Assembly: GCA_045603925.1 (NCBI GenBank)
Contig: JAZUNB010000105.1
Span: 1 to 46,707, forward strand
Origin: Eubacteriales bacterium
GTDB lineage: Bacteria > Bacillota > Clostridia > Oscillospirales > QAKW01
DNA length: 46,707 nucleotides
Direction of reading: 5' to 3'
Both the position numbers and the translations under genes were made by a program. This document shows, one piece after another, positions 46,606 to 46,707 of the stretch (within the stretch, counting starts at the first letter, position 1; every line of letters starts with the position of its first letter). The notes beneath the pieces were generated by a model, which saw only the letters and a list, made by a program, of their open reading frames with translations, ran no database searches and was not told the origin of the DNA.

Positions 46606-46707
46606 TACAAATAAAAAAACCGCCGACCGAAGGGCAGCCCTTCGCAAGGAAGAAGCGGTTTTGAGAGCATCTTTTCCGCCCAAACAAAACAAAAAATCCC
46701 CGTAATG

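Noticed and set aside
46505-46687. 60-aa minus-strand ORF
   Set aside because: Antisense to tRNA-Gly; a common spurious ORF.
1-46707. CRISPR array, integrase/transposase, prophage, riboswitch or T-box (e.g. upstream of thrC)
   Set aside because: No regularly spaced repeat-spacer units and no recombinase or phage motifs seen; the thrC leader is too short for a T-box.

Overview
A GC-rich chromosomal segment from a spore-forming Clostridia-class Firmicute (gpr, spoIIP, meso-DAP-type MurE). It is mostly housekeeping. In order: the 3' end of a PotD-like gene; an AT-rich two-gene island; a reverse-strand MoxR/DUF58/transglutaminase/RluA/LiaF-like/DUF4097 operon; MarR plus a heterodimeric ABC exporter; thrC-thrB; a stand-alone ABC/AAA ATPase; the dcw cluster (mraZ-rsmH-ftsL-PBP-murE-murF-mraY-ftsW-murG-ftsQ, three inserted lipoprotein genes, ftsZ; no murD or ftsA); an NrdR-controlled class III RNR operon (nrdG-SGNH-nrdD::glutaredoxin-trxB-CMK-like); mrp/apbC; gpr-spoIIP; iscS-thiI-membrane protein; and tRNA-Gly(GCC). 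The best candidate for an undescribed system is the island at about 426-2744. It encodes a secreted SH3-SH3-ricin-lectin-matrixin metalloprotease, whose signal peptide is hidden by a 1-nt frameshift, coupled to a lipoprotein with a TIMP-like OB-fold motif pattern, i.e. a possible bacterial MMP/TIMP-like pair. Other notable items: two WalR-type boxes with identical promoter geometry; a paralogous lipoprotein array sitting where ftsA usually is, next to an FtsZ lacking the canonical C-terminal peptide; a three-copy palindromic repeat family; 11-bp-period MraZ boxes; and an NrdD-glutaredoxin fusion coupled to TrxB. All family calls come from motif recognition by eye; no searches were run.
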